From Clostridiales bacterium (lineage in GTDB: Bacteria > Bacillota > Clostridia > Oscillospirales > CAG-272): a DNA stretch of 64,000 bases. This document shows positions 29,878 through 38,722 of the stretch, piece by piece (position 1 is the first letter of the stretch; each line of letters opens with the position of its first letter). The position numbers and the translations under genes are program-made. Location of the stretch: assembly GCA_012519315.1 (NCBI GenBank), contig JAAYQM010000058.1, forward strand, positions 3,062 to 67,061, given 5' to 3'. The notes under the pieces are model-generated. The model searched no databases. It saw nothing but the letters and a program-made list of their open reading frames with translations, and was not told the origin of the DNA.

Positions 29878-30552
29878 ATGTTTAGAATCCCTAAAACATC
29901 CGGCCTGTTCGATTTATCCAAAACATCGGCGGCGAAGCTGTTCGAGACAGCGTTATACCCCTGGGAAGTTCTGGGTTCGATTGCCGACTTTATTCGACAC
30001 CTCGGCGAAAAGCTTGACCCTGAGCTGTATGACAAAGTAGGGGACTGCATTTATATCGCAAAGGATGCATCGGTCGCGCAAAGCGCCTCAATCAAAGGTC
30101 CTTGCATTATAGAAAGCGGCGCCGAGATTCGCCATTGCGCCTATATACGAGGAAGTGCCCTCATCGGCGCCGGTGCTGTTGTCGGCAACTCCTGCGAAAT
30201 AAAGAACGCTCTTCTTTTCAATCGCGTGCAGATTCCCCATTTTAACTATGTCGGCGATTCGATTCTCGGATTTGCAGCCCATATGGGGGCCGGCGCTATC
30301 ACTTCCAATGTAAAAAGCGACAAATCGAACATATGCATCAACACCCCCGATGGAAAAATCACCACCGGTCTGCGAAAATTCGGCGCTATTTTGGGTGATT
30401 TTGTCGAGGTCGGCTGCAACAGCGTACTGAATCCCGGCTCGATTATCGGTCGGCACACAATTATCTATCCCCTCTCACGGGTGCGTGGCATCGTGCCCGA
30501 TCACAGTATCTATAAAGATGCAGACAATATCGTTCCAAGACAGAATGTCTAA
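29878..30552 (+). CDS. Stand-alone left-handed beta-helix (hexapeptide-repeat) transferase, GlmU C-terminal-domain-like
   Basis: Hexapeptide periodicity (IESGAEIRHCAYIRGSALIGAGAVVGNSCEIKNALLFNRVQIPHFNYVGDSILG...). Sits directly upstream of glmM. Confidence 0.6.
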   Translation: MFRIPKTSGLFDLSKTSAAKLFETALYPWEVLGSIADFIRHLGEKLDPELYDKVGDCIYIAKDASVAQSASIKGPCIIESGAEIRHCAYIRGSALIGAGAVVGNSCEIKNALLFNRVQIPHFNYVGDSILGFAAHMGAGAITSNVKSDKSNICINTPDGKITTGLRKFGAILGDFVEVGCNSVLNPGSIIGRHTIIYPLSRVRGIVPDHSIYKDADNIVPRQNV

Positions 30553-30582
30553 AAAATTATTTATGAAAGGATATTTTACACC

Positions 30583-31941
30583 ATGGGTAGATTGTTTGGA
30601 ACAGATGGGGTCAGAGGTATAGCAAACGAATTTTTAACCTGCGAGCGAGCAATGCAGATTGGACGCGCAGCGGCAATGGTTCTCACCGGCGTGCGCCGTC
30701 GTCGTACACCGGTCGTGTTGATCGGTATGGACACCCGCATATCCTCGGGTATGCTTGCAAGTGCCATTGCGGCAGGACTGTGTTCTGTCGGTGCGGATGT
30801 CATCGATATAGGTGTTGTACCTACTCCCGCTGTTGCTTATCTTGTAGGCAAATATAAGGCTGATGCAGGCATTATGATTTCCGCCTCTCACAACCCGGCA
30901 CACTTCAACGGCATCAAGATTTTCAACGAAGACGGATATAAGCTCCCCGACGAGCTTGAGGAGCGTATCGAATCGATTGTCTTGGATAATCAGCCGATTC
31001 CCGCCCTTCAATTCGGCGATGGCATCGGTCAGATCACACGTTGCACCAACGCCGCAAAAGATTATATCGAGCGGTTGCGCAGCACCGTTCTTTATTCCCT
31101 TGACGGACTGAAAATCGCAGTAGACTGTGCAAACGGTTCGGCAAGCGTCACCGCCGAAAAGCTCTTTGAAGAGCTGGGGGCAGAATATCATATTCTGTTT
31201 AACAAGCCGGACGGTATCAATATTAACAAGAATTGCGGATCCACTCATATGGAATATCTCCGAAATTATGTGCTGGAACATCAGCTTGATGCCGGTGTTG
31301 CTTTTGATGGCGACGCGGATCGCTGCCTCTGCGTTGATGATAAGGGAAACATCATTGACGGAGACATGATTATGGCTATCACCGCCCTTGATATGCGTGC
31401 ACGGGGCAAGTTGATCAACAACACCGTTGTCGGAACCATTATGACCAATCTCGGCTTTACAAAATTCTGCGAAGATCAGGACATCCGCTTTGTCGCTACC
31501 AAGGTCGGAGACCGCTATGTGCTTGAGGAAATGCTCCTTGAGGACTATTATTTCGGCGGTGAGCAGTCGGGTCACATTATATTCCGTGAATTTAGCACCA
31601 CCGGCGACGGTCAGCTCACAGCCATCCAGTTGCTCTCCCATCTGCGCAGATCGGGCAAAAAACTGTCCGAGCTTGCATCGGTAATGGTACGTTATCCGCA
31701 AATTTCGGTCAATGTCAATGCTTCCTCCGAAGCAAAACTCGCCTACTATACCGACCCGGATATCAAGGATGCACTCGAGAAGGCCAAGACCACGCTGGGA
31801 AAATCGGGACGATTGGTCGTTCGCCCTTCAGGAACAGAGCCCTTGATTCGCGTCATGGTTGAAGGAGAGGATAATGCGCTGATCGAAAGCGTCGCAAACA
31901 ATATCGCAGAATTAATCAGGCAAAAACTTTCCGATTTATAA
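30583..31941 (+). CDS. glmM: Phosphoglucosamine mutase
   Basis: Contains LFGTDGVRG, the active-site loop SASHNPAHFNGIK, and FDGDADR. Confidence 0.95.
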   Translation: MGRLFGTDGVRGIANEFLTCERAMQIGRAAAMVLTGVRRRRTPVVLIGMDTRISSGMLASAIAAGLCSVGADVIDIGVVPTPAVAYLVGKYKADAGIMISASHNPAHFNGIKIFNEDGYKLPDELEERIESIVLDNQPIPALQFGDGIGQITRCTNAAKDYIERLRSTVLYSLDGLKIAVDCANGSASVTAEKLFEELGAEYHILFNKPDGININKNCGSTHMEYLRNYVLEHQLDAGVAFDGDADRCLCVDDKGNIIDGDMIMAITALDMRARGKLINNTVVGTIMTNLGFTKFCEDQDIRFVATKVGDRYVLEEMLLEDYYFGGEQSGHIIFREFSTTGDGQLTAIQLLSHLRRSGKKLSELASVMVRYPQISVNVNASSEAKLAYYTDPDIKDALEKAKTTLGKSGRLVVRPSGTEPLIRVMVEGEDNALIESVANNIAELIRQKLSDL

Positions 31942-32005
31942 ACTCATCGACCTTATCCTTTTTTACGTAAATAAAATACATAAAACGACAGGATAAAAGT
32001 CGTTA

Positions 32006-32177
32006 AGCGCCAGACCGCAATCGCGGTTAACGAGGTGGGAGGAGTATCGAGATTTTCGGCGGATGCCTCCCCGGTATTGGAATATTGGGCTTTGTTTATA
32101 CAAACGAACCTGTTATACAAGCAATATCGTCAGGCAGCATACAAAATCCCGGGCAACCGGGGAACAAAAATGCTGTC
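32006..32177 (+). ncRNA. glmS: glmS ribozyme (GlcN6P-dependent self-cleaving leader)
   Basis: A^GCGCCAGACCGCAAUCGCGGUUAACGAGGUGGGAGGAGUAUCGAGAUUUUCGGCGGAUGCCUCCCCGG matches the conserved core (AGCGCCAGA...ACGAGGUGGG...UAUCGA.AUUUCGGCGGAUGC.UCCCGG). Predicted cleavage is between 32006 and 32007. The 3' boundary is approximate. Confidence 0.85.
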
Positions 32178-32358
32178 AATATTACATACATAAATGAAGA
32201 TTGCGTCTGCAATTGACTTATATCCGTATTTGATGATAAATTTATTGCTAAGTAGTATAGTTATCTGAAGCTTTTAATAAATCTTTATACATTTTACAAT
32301 TGAATATAAAACCAATTGCCGGCCGCAACTTCTATTCTATTGCTACAGGAGTAATCTT

Positions 32359-34207
32359 ATGTGCGGAATAATAGGATATACAGGCGGCACAGGTACGGTT
32401 GACCGTCTGATTGAGGGGCTCCATGCTCTTGAATATAGAGGATATGACTCTGCTGGGGTCGCCATTGTTGATGAATGCGGGAATATTAATGTGGTAAAGG
32501 CCTCCGGACGACTCAAAAATATTGAGGAAAGGCTGCGTAACAGAATCGATCTGCGCACCTCGGGCTGCGGAATCGGGCATACCCGCTGGGCAACCCACGG
32601 AGCGCCCACCGACATCAATTCACACCCCCATGGGACGCCCTCCCTTCAGCTTGTGCATAACGGTATCATCGAGAACTATCTTCCTCTCAGGCAAAGGCTC
32701 ATTGACCTGGGCTATACATTTGAGTCGGAAACCGATACCGATGTTGCGGCAAAACTGTTGGACTACCACTATCGGTCCACCGGCAGCCACATGACTGCCA
32801 TCAGACGGACAATCTGCGAAATTATCGGCTCATATGCCCTCGGCATTATTTTTTCGGATGCGCCCTCCCGCATTTATGCGGTGAAAAAGGATAGCCCCCT
32901 GATTGTCGGTTGCGGTAACGGGGAAAACTACATCGCCTCTGACATTACAGCCATCCTTCGCTATACAAACAAATATTATCAGCTCGATTCCTATGAGATT
33001 GACGTTATCGAAAAGGAGCAAATTGTTATTACCGATCTTGACGGAAACCCGAAATCAAAGCAGCCCCATTGCGCAAACTGGGATATTCAGGCGGCGGAGC
33101 GGGGCGGATATCCCCACTTTATGATCAAAGAGATTCATGAAGAGCCCGATGCCCTCAAAAAAACTCTCAATCCCAGAATTAAAAACGGTATTCCCGATTT
33201 TTCAGTCGACCAGTCGAAGGATGAAATCCTAAGATCTGTCGCCCGCATCCATATTGTAGCCTGCGGAACGGCCATGCACGCCGGGCTGTACGGAAAATCC
33301 CTTTTTGAAAGCCTTGCGGGTATTCCGGCTGCCGTTGAAATCGCCTCCGAATTCAGATATAACAATCCCATCATCGGGGCGGGGGATCTCGTCGTTATCA
33401 TTTCCCAGTCAGGAGAGACTGCCGATTCGCTGGCAGCCCTTCGCCTTGCAAAGCAAAAGGGCGCTTACACCCTGGCTATTGTCAATGTCATCGGCTCCTC
33501 CATTGCCCGTGAAGCGGATCATGTTATTTTCACCTGGGCAGGTCCGGAAATTGCCGTTGCCAGCACAAAAGCATATACCGTCCAAGCGGCACTGATTGCC
33601 CTTCTTGCCATAAAAACCAACCGCATATCTGCGCGACAAAATCGATATAAATGAAACCCGTCGGCTCGTCGAAGAGCTTGTAAACAGAGTTCCGCAAGCA
33701 GTAGCGCAGGTAATCGCAAGAGATGGCGAAATCAAATCAATCGCAAAGGTATATAGCGACAGCGAACACCTTTTCTTCATCGGTCGGGGTAAAGATTATT
33801 ATGCCGCCCAGGAAGGGTCGCTGAAGCTTAAGGAGATTTCCTATATTCACAGTGAGGCGTATGCCGCTGGCGAATTAAAGCACGGCACAATTTCTCTTGT
33901 CACCGACGGCGTTCCGGTCATTGCGATTGCCACTATCAATGCCCTCTTTGAAAAAACGCTTAACAATGTCAAAGAGGTTAAGGCAAGGGGCGCTAATGTC
34001 TTTCTTCTATGCAGCGCTTCAATAGCTGCGACAAACGAAACCTTTACCGAATGTGATCGTCTCTTTATACTACCCGACATTCTTGAGCCTTTTGCATTGA
34101 TTCCGGCAGTCACCGCCTTACAGTTGCTCGCTTATTACTGCGCCGTTGAACGCGGCTGTGATGTGGATAAACCAAGAAATCTCGCCAAATCGGTTACGGT
34201 GGAATAA
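32359..34207 (+). pseudogene. glmS: Glutamine--fructose-6-phosphate aminotransferase, reading frame broken by one extra nt (or assembly error)
   Basis: N-terminal MCGIIGY, the Ntn-amidotransferase motif. The first frame stops at 33652-33654. The remainder (...FFIGRGKDYYAAQEGSLKLKEISYIHSEAYAAGELKHG...DKPRNLAKSVTVE*) continues in the +1 frame. Total span is 3n+1 nt. Confidence 0.85.
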
Positions 34208-34246
34208 GCGTATCTGTGAACAATTTGTAAACTTCATTGTTGATTC

Positions 34247-34275
34247 TTGACGACAAATCACAAGTTTGATATACT
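34247..34275 (+). promoter_or_regulatory. Candidate sigma-A promoter for the riboswitch-ATPase unit
   Basis: TTGACG, a 17-nt spacer, then TATACT, about 20 nt upstream of the riboswitch. Confidence 0.5.
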
Positions 34276-34296
34276 ATTAACAATATGAATATTATT

Positions 34297-34408
34297 CCAT
34301 GAGGGAGTAGTTCACGTATACCAAAGCAACGGCGAATGGGAATATGTGGGCAAATCAACATCATGGCTATTCTATAGCCTGGTTTGTCTGAAAGAACGAG
34401 ACTCATGC
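34297..34408 (+). promoter_or_regulatory. yybP-ykoY (Mn2+) riboswitch aptamer
   Basis: The 5' CAUGAG-GGAGUAG and 3' ACGAGAC-UCAUG halves match the GGGGAGUAG ... AAGAGACC signature, closed by a P1 helix (34298-34303 / 34402-34407). There is an internal ...AUCAACAU... element. The P1 3' strand overlaps the terminator 5' arm. Confidence 0.65.
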
Positions 34409-34436
34409 ACAGTTTTCTTTGTGCATGAGTCTTTTT
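34399..34436 (+). terminator. Riboswitch expression-platform terminator
   Basis: 12-bp stem AGACTCATGCAC/GTGCATGAGTCT, a 10-nt loop, then TTTTT. Confidence 0.75.
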
Positions 34437-34595
34437 AATTGTCTGTCCAATAATAAATCCTGTCTCCAAAAGCAATACTATCAATATCCCAAAGCACCTC
34501 AAGATCTCCGCAAGCCCGGCAATAGCAGAATTGCCCCCATGCCATATCAATGCTCTAAGATCACAATTTTATTTTGAAAGGATTTTACTACCGGA

Positions 34596-37274
34596 ATGAA
34601 GCATTATCTAACCGACATTGCCGAAGTTTTTTCTCACGTCTCCTCAAGCGAAAAGGGACTATCGCAAAAGGAGGCTGCTTTGCGCCTTGAAAAAAACGGC
34701 AAAAACAAGCTAAAGGAAGAAAAAAAGATTCCGATTTGGCGCCGCTTTTTATCGCAGCTTGGCGACCCGATGATTATCATACTCCTTGTCGCCGCCGCCA
34801 TCTCCGGAGTTGTCGAAATCGGCGAATCCCTGTACAGAGGTCATAACATATCAATTCCAACCGATTCAATCATTATTCTTGCTGTTGTTATTATCAACTC
34901 GATACTTGGCGTTTATCAGGAAAGTAAGGCGGAGGCAGCTATCGAAGCCCTTCAAAAGATGTCGGCTGCCACATCAAAGGTTTTACGTGACGGGCAGATT
35001 ATCTCGGTCAAGAGCGAGGATCTTGTAATAGGCGATATTGTTATACTTGAGGCCGGAGACGCCGTTCCCGCCGACTGTCGTATTTTCGAATCCGCCAGCC
35101 TGAAAATTGAGGAGGCGGCTCTTACAGGGGAATCGGTTCCTGTCAACAAATTTATCGATACCCTAACGCCCCATAAGGATGGGGACATCCCCCTCGGCGA
35201 CCGCAAAAACACGGCTTACATGGGAAGTATTGTAGTCTACGGTCGCGGCAAGGCTGTCGTCGTCGCCACCGGCATGGATACAGAAATGGGTAAAATCGCC
35301 GATGCCATTGCCATGGCGGCAGAGGGACAGACCCCTCTACAGAAAAAGCTGTCCCAGCTCAGCAAAGTCCTTAGCTTCCTTGTTATAGGTATCAGTGTCT
35401 TCATATTCGCCTTTAGTCTGATTCAACAGTTGGTGCTTGGCAATTCTATTGATTTCGAATTTGGGCTCGACGTCTTTATGATTGCCGTCAGTCTTGCGGT
35501 TGCCGCCATTCCTGAGGGGCTTGTCGCAGTTGTCACCATCGTGCTCTCCATCGGCGTTACCAATATGTCAAAAAAGAATGCAATTATCCGCAAGCTGACC
35601 GCCGTCGAAACCCTCGGTTGTGCGCAAATCATCTGTTCGGACAAAACAGGTACCCTTACTCAAAATAAAATGACCGTTGTGGACAGCTTTGGGGATGATA
35701 CCTCCTTGCTTGCCCGCGCAATGGCTCTATGCACCGATGCCGAAGTACAAGAACAAAACACCATTGTCGGCGAACCGACCGAGGCCGCCCTTGTCAGCTA
35801 TGCACTCTCCCTCGGAATGAATAAAAACGATCTTAAAATTAAATATCCCCGTGTTGGAGAAGCGCCTTTTGACTCGGTCCGTAAGATGATGTCCACCCTC
35901 CATAATGAGCCGGATACCGATAGAATCATTCAATACACAAAAGGTGCGCCCGATGAAGTGCTCAAGAAGTGTACCCATATATTAATAAACAACAAGCTTG
36001 TTCCATTAACCGATACCGAGAGGGAAAAGGTGATGGCCGACAACAAGCGCATGGCAAACAAGGCCCTCCGAGTGCTGGCCTGTGCCCTCCGTGAATACAA
36101 CGAAATTCCCGCCTCCTATGAACCCGATGCTCTGGAAAAGGACCTTATCTTTATCGGACTTGTGGGCATGATAGATCCGGTCCGTCCGGAAGTAAAGTCT
36201 GCAATTGAAGAATGTCGTTCGGCAGGAATCACACCTGTCATGATTACAGGTGACCACAAGGATACGGCTGTTGCCATTGCTATGGAGCTGGGCATTATCA
36301 CAGATCAGTCCCAAGCAATTACCGGCAGCGAGCTAAATGCAATCAGCGATGAAGAATTTAAAACGCGCGTAGCCGATATATTTGTCTATGCCCGGGTTCA
36401 GCCTGAGCATAAGGTGAGAATCGTTAATGCTTGGCGCGAGCGGGGCATGATTACCGCCATGACCGGAGACGGCGTCAATGACGCACCCTCAATAAAAAGC
36501 GCAGATATAGGTATCGGTATGGGTATCACCGGCACCGATGTCACAAAAAACGTGTCCGATATGGTCTTGTCCGACGACAATTTCGCCACTATTGTTTCGG
36601 CGGTGGCAGAAGGCAGAAGGATTTACGATAATATCCGCAAGGCCATTCAATTTCTGCTGGGCTCGAATCTCAGCGAGGTTATCGGCATCTTTGCAGCTAC
36701 CGTCATGAACTTCACCTTGCTGAAGCCGGTACATCTTCTTTGGATCAACCTTGTCACCGATTCGCTGCCGGCGCTGGCCCTCGGCATGGAAAAGCCGGAA
36801 GAGGATGTAATGCGCAAAAAGCCCCGCTCCTCAAAAGAGGGTATTTTCTCAGGCGGCATGGGATTTGACATTATCTATCAGGGTCTTCTTGTAGCGATTC
36901 TCACCCTTGCATCCTACTTTATCGGTGAACGTATCGAAAACGGCGCCTGGGCAATTGCAGACAGTCAGGACGGGATTACTATGGCCTTCCTAACCATGTC
37001 AATGTGTGAGATTTTCCACTCGTTTAATATGCGTTCACAGCGCGGTTCCTCTCTTAAAATGCTATTCAAGGGCAGACACAACCATTATCTGTTTGCCGCT
37101 ATGCTTGGATCTCTCCTGCTGACATCAGCTGTTATCTTCATTTCCTTCCTTGCCGATGCCTTCGGATTTGCCCCAATCAGCCTAATGGAATTCGGCATTG
37201 CAATGGGACTTGCCATCATAGTTATTCCTATTGTCGAAATAATTAAGGCTATCCAAAGAAAATTATCAAAATAA
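34596..37274 (+). CDS. P2-type (Ca2+/Mn2+-type) cation-transporting P-type ATPase
   Basis: Contains the TGES-like motif LTGESVPV, IPEGL in TM4, ICSDKTGTLT, MITGDH and TGDGVNDAPS. Length is 892 aa. Confidence 0.9.
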   Translation: MKHYLTDIAEVFSHVSSSEKGLSQKEAALRLEKNGKNKLKEEKKIPIWRRFLSQLGDPMIIILLVAAAISGVVEIGESLYRGHNISIPTDSIIILAVVIINSILGVYQESKAEAAIEALQKMSAATSKVLRDGQIISVKSEDLVIGDIVILEAGDAVPADCRIFESASLKIEEAALTGESVPVNKFIDTLTPHKDGDIPLGDRKNTAYMGSIVVYGRGKAVVVATGMDTEMGKIADAIAMAAEGQTPLQKKLSQLSKVLSFLVIGISVFIFAFSLIQQLVLGNSIDFEFGLDVFMIAVSLAVAAIPEGLVAVVTIVLSIGVTNMSKKNAIIRKLTAVETLGCAQIICSDKTGTLTQNKMTVVDSFGDDTSLLARAMALCTDAEVQEQNTIVGEPTEAALVSYALSLGMNKNDLKIKYPRVGEAPFDSVRKMMSTLHNEPDTDRIIQYTKGAPDEVLKKCTHILINNKLVPLTDTEREKVMADNKRMANKALRVLACALREYNEIPASYEPDALEKDLIFIGLVGMIDPVRPEVKSAIEECRSAGITPVMITGDHKDTAVAIAMELGIITDQSQAITGSELNAISDEEFKTRVADIFVYARVQPEHKVRIVNAWRERGMITAMTGDGVNDAPSIKSADIGIGMGITGTDVTKNVSDMVLSDDNFATIVSAVAEGRRIYDNIRKAIQFLLGSNLSEVIGIFAATVMNFTLLKPVHLLWINLVTDSLPALALGMEKPEEDVMRKKPRSSKEGIFSGGMGFDIIYQGLLVAILTLASYFIGERIENGAWAIADSQDGITMAFLTMSMCEIFHSFNMRSQRGSSLKMLFKGRHNHYLFAAMLGSLLLTSAVIFISFLADAFGFAPISLMEFGIAMGLAIIVIPIVEIIKAIQRKLSK

Positions 37275-37294
37275 ACAGCTGCTCAAGCAAATTC

Positions 37295-37332
37295 TCAGGC
37301 TGCAGACTACATTTTCTGCAGCCTGATTTATT
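37295..37332 (+). terminator. Rho-independent terminator after the ATPase
   Basis: TCAGGCTGCAG/CTGCAGCCTGA stem followed by TTTATT. Confidence 0.65.
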
Positions 37333-37407
37333 AAGGCAGGAAATCTTCAAAAACCCGCCGGTTGTGCATTTGATATTTTTACAATATTGTAAACTTTTAT
37401 ATTTTAT

Positions 37408-37435
37408 TTGCATTTAGCATTATTTGTGATATAAT
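37408..37435 (+). promoter_or_regulatory. Candidate sigma-A promoter for the TF-like lipoprotein gene
   Basis: TTGCAT, a 16-nt spacer, then TGaTATAAT. Confidence 0.4.
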
Positions 37436-37552
37436 ATACCGGAGAGGTTTATCAAATCAGTATTGCGATTATGTCAGCATGTTTGACTCCTCGTGATTTA
37501 AGATTTGATGGATATTGTGAAAATTTTAAGAACATAAAGGAAGTCGGCTCAT

Positions 37553-38659
37553 ATGAAAAAGAAGTTTATTATTTATTTTCTACTTGCTGCGATGATTACA
37601 TCATTGCTTCTTACCTCATGTGCAAAAAAAGAATTTGATTATTACAAAGAGGATTTATCAAAATATGTAACCCTTGGCCAATATAAGGGTATATCCGTCG
37701 ATGTTGAAAATGTTAAGGAAGTAACCGACGACGACGTTAAGGAACAGGTAGATGCTTTTCTTGAATCCCTTGGCGAGAAAATTGAAGTAACCGACCGTGC
37801 CGCAGTTGATGGAGATACTGTTAATATCGACTATGTCGGCAAGCTTGATGACGAAGAGTTTGACGGCGGCTCCGATGAGGATTATGACCTTGTTATTGGA
37901 TCCGAAAAGCTGTTTACAGCAGAATTCGAGGAGGGCATTATCGGCAAGGTTCCCAGCGAAACACCCTTTGACCTCACCCTAACCTTTCCCTCCGACTTTT
38001 CGGCCAACCCCGCCCTTGCAGGCAAAACCGTTGTTTTTACTATAACCCTTAATCATATTAAGGATATTAAGCTGCCGGAATATACCGATGAGCTTATTGA
38101 TGAAAAGACCGAGCACAATACTATTGAAGAATATGAAAAGGCAATCAAAGACGACCTTATTGCTAAACGTGAAGCTAAGCTGACGCAGAACAAGTTAAAC
38201 GCCGTTTGGCAAAAAATCGTTGAAAATGCCACTGTCTCAAGCATCCCTCAAAAGAGAATTGACGAATATGTTGACGGAGTCATCGATTATTATAAAGAGT
38301 GGGCTGTATATTACGATGTTGATTATTCGGAGTTTGTAAAAACCTACCTGCAGACCAACGAAACCGACCTCCTCGCAAGAACTACCGAGGAGGCCAAAGA
38401 GGCTATTGCCGAGGAGCTTGTCTTCTATGCAATTGTTAAGACCGAAAATTATTCAGTAACCGACGAGGAATATTCCGAAGGTCTGAAAAACTATGTTGTT
38501 CAGTACAACTTCGAGTCTGAGGAAGAGTTTGAAGAACGGTATGGCAAAGAAACCATACGCGATGCCCTCCTCTGGGACAAGGTTTTAAACCTGCTCGCCG
38601 ATGGTGCTGACATCAATTGGGTTGACCCTGTCGAAGAAGAAGAAACAGACAACGATTAA
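37553..38659 (+). CDS. Lipoprotein with trigger-factor-like FKBP PPIase and C-terminal chaperone domains
   Basis: Lipobox LLTSCA, then GDTVNIDYVGKLDDEEFDGGS...LVIGSEKLFTAEFEEGIIGK...FPSDF...LAGKTVVFTITLNHIK..LPE, the trigger-factor PPIase pattern. It has no ribosome-binding N-domain. Confidence 0.6.
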   Translation: MKKKFIIYFLLAAMITSLLLTSCAKKEFDYYKEDLSKYVTLGQYKGISVDVENVKEVTDDDVKEQVDAFLESLGEKIEVTDRAAVDGDTVNIDYVGKLDDEEFDGGSDEDYDLVIGSEKLFTAEFEEGIIGKVPSETPFDLTLTFPSDFSANPALAGKTVVFTITLNHIKDIKLPEYTDELIDEKTEHNTIEEYEKAIKDDLIAKREAKLTQNKLNAVWQKIVENATVSSIPQKRIDEYVDGVIDYYKEWAVYYDVDYSEFVKTYLQTNETDLLARTTEEAKEAIAEELVFYAIVKTENYSVTDEEYSEGLKNYVVQYNFESEEEFEERYGKETIRDALLWDKVLNLLADGADINWVDPVEEEETDND

Positions 38660-38672
38660 TTTTAATAAAGAT

Positions 38673-38707
38673 AAAAAAACAGCGACCCAGAACGGTCGCT
38701 GTTTTTT
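38673..38707. terminator. Bidirectional terminator between convergent genes
   Basis: AAAAAAACAGCGACC-loop-GGTCGCTGTTTTTT. Confidence 0.75.
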
Positions 38708-38722
38708 ATGTAATCTAAGACT

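Noticed and set aside
30634-31701. 355-aa ORF on the minus strand
   Set aside because: It is antisense to glmM. Its Cys/His/Arg-rich composition is typical of an antisense frame, so it is a shadow ORF.
34194-34550. 118-aa minus-strand ORF between glmS and the ATPase
   Set aside because: It overlaps the riboswitch, terminator and promoter on the other strand. It has no RBS or family resemblance.
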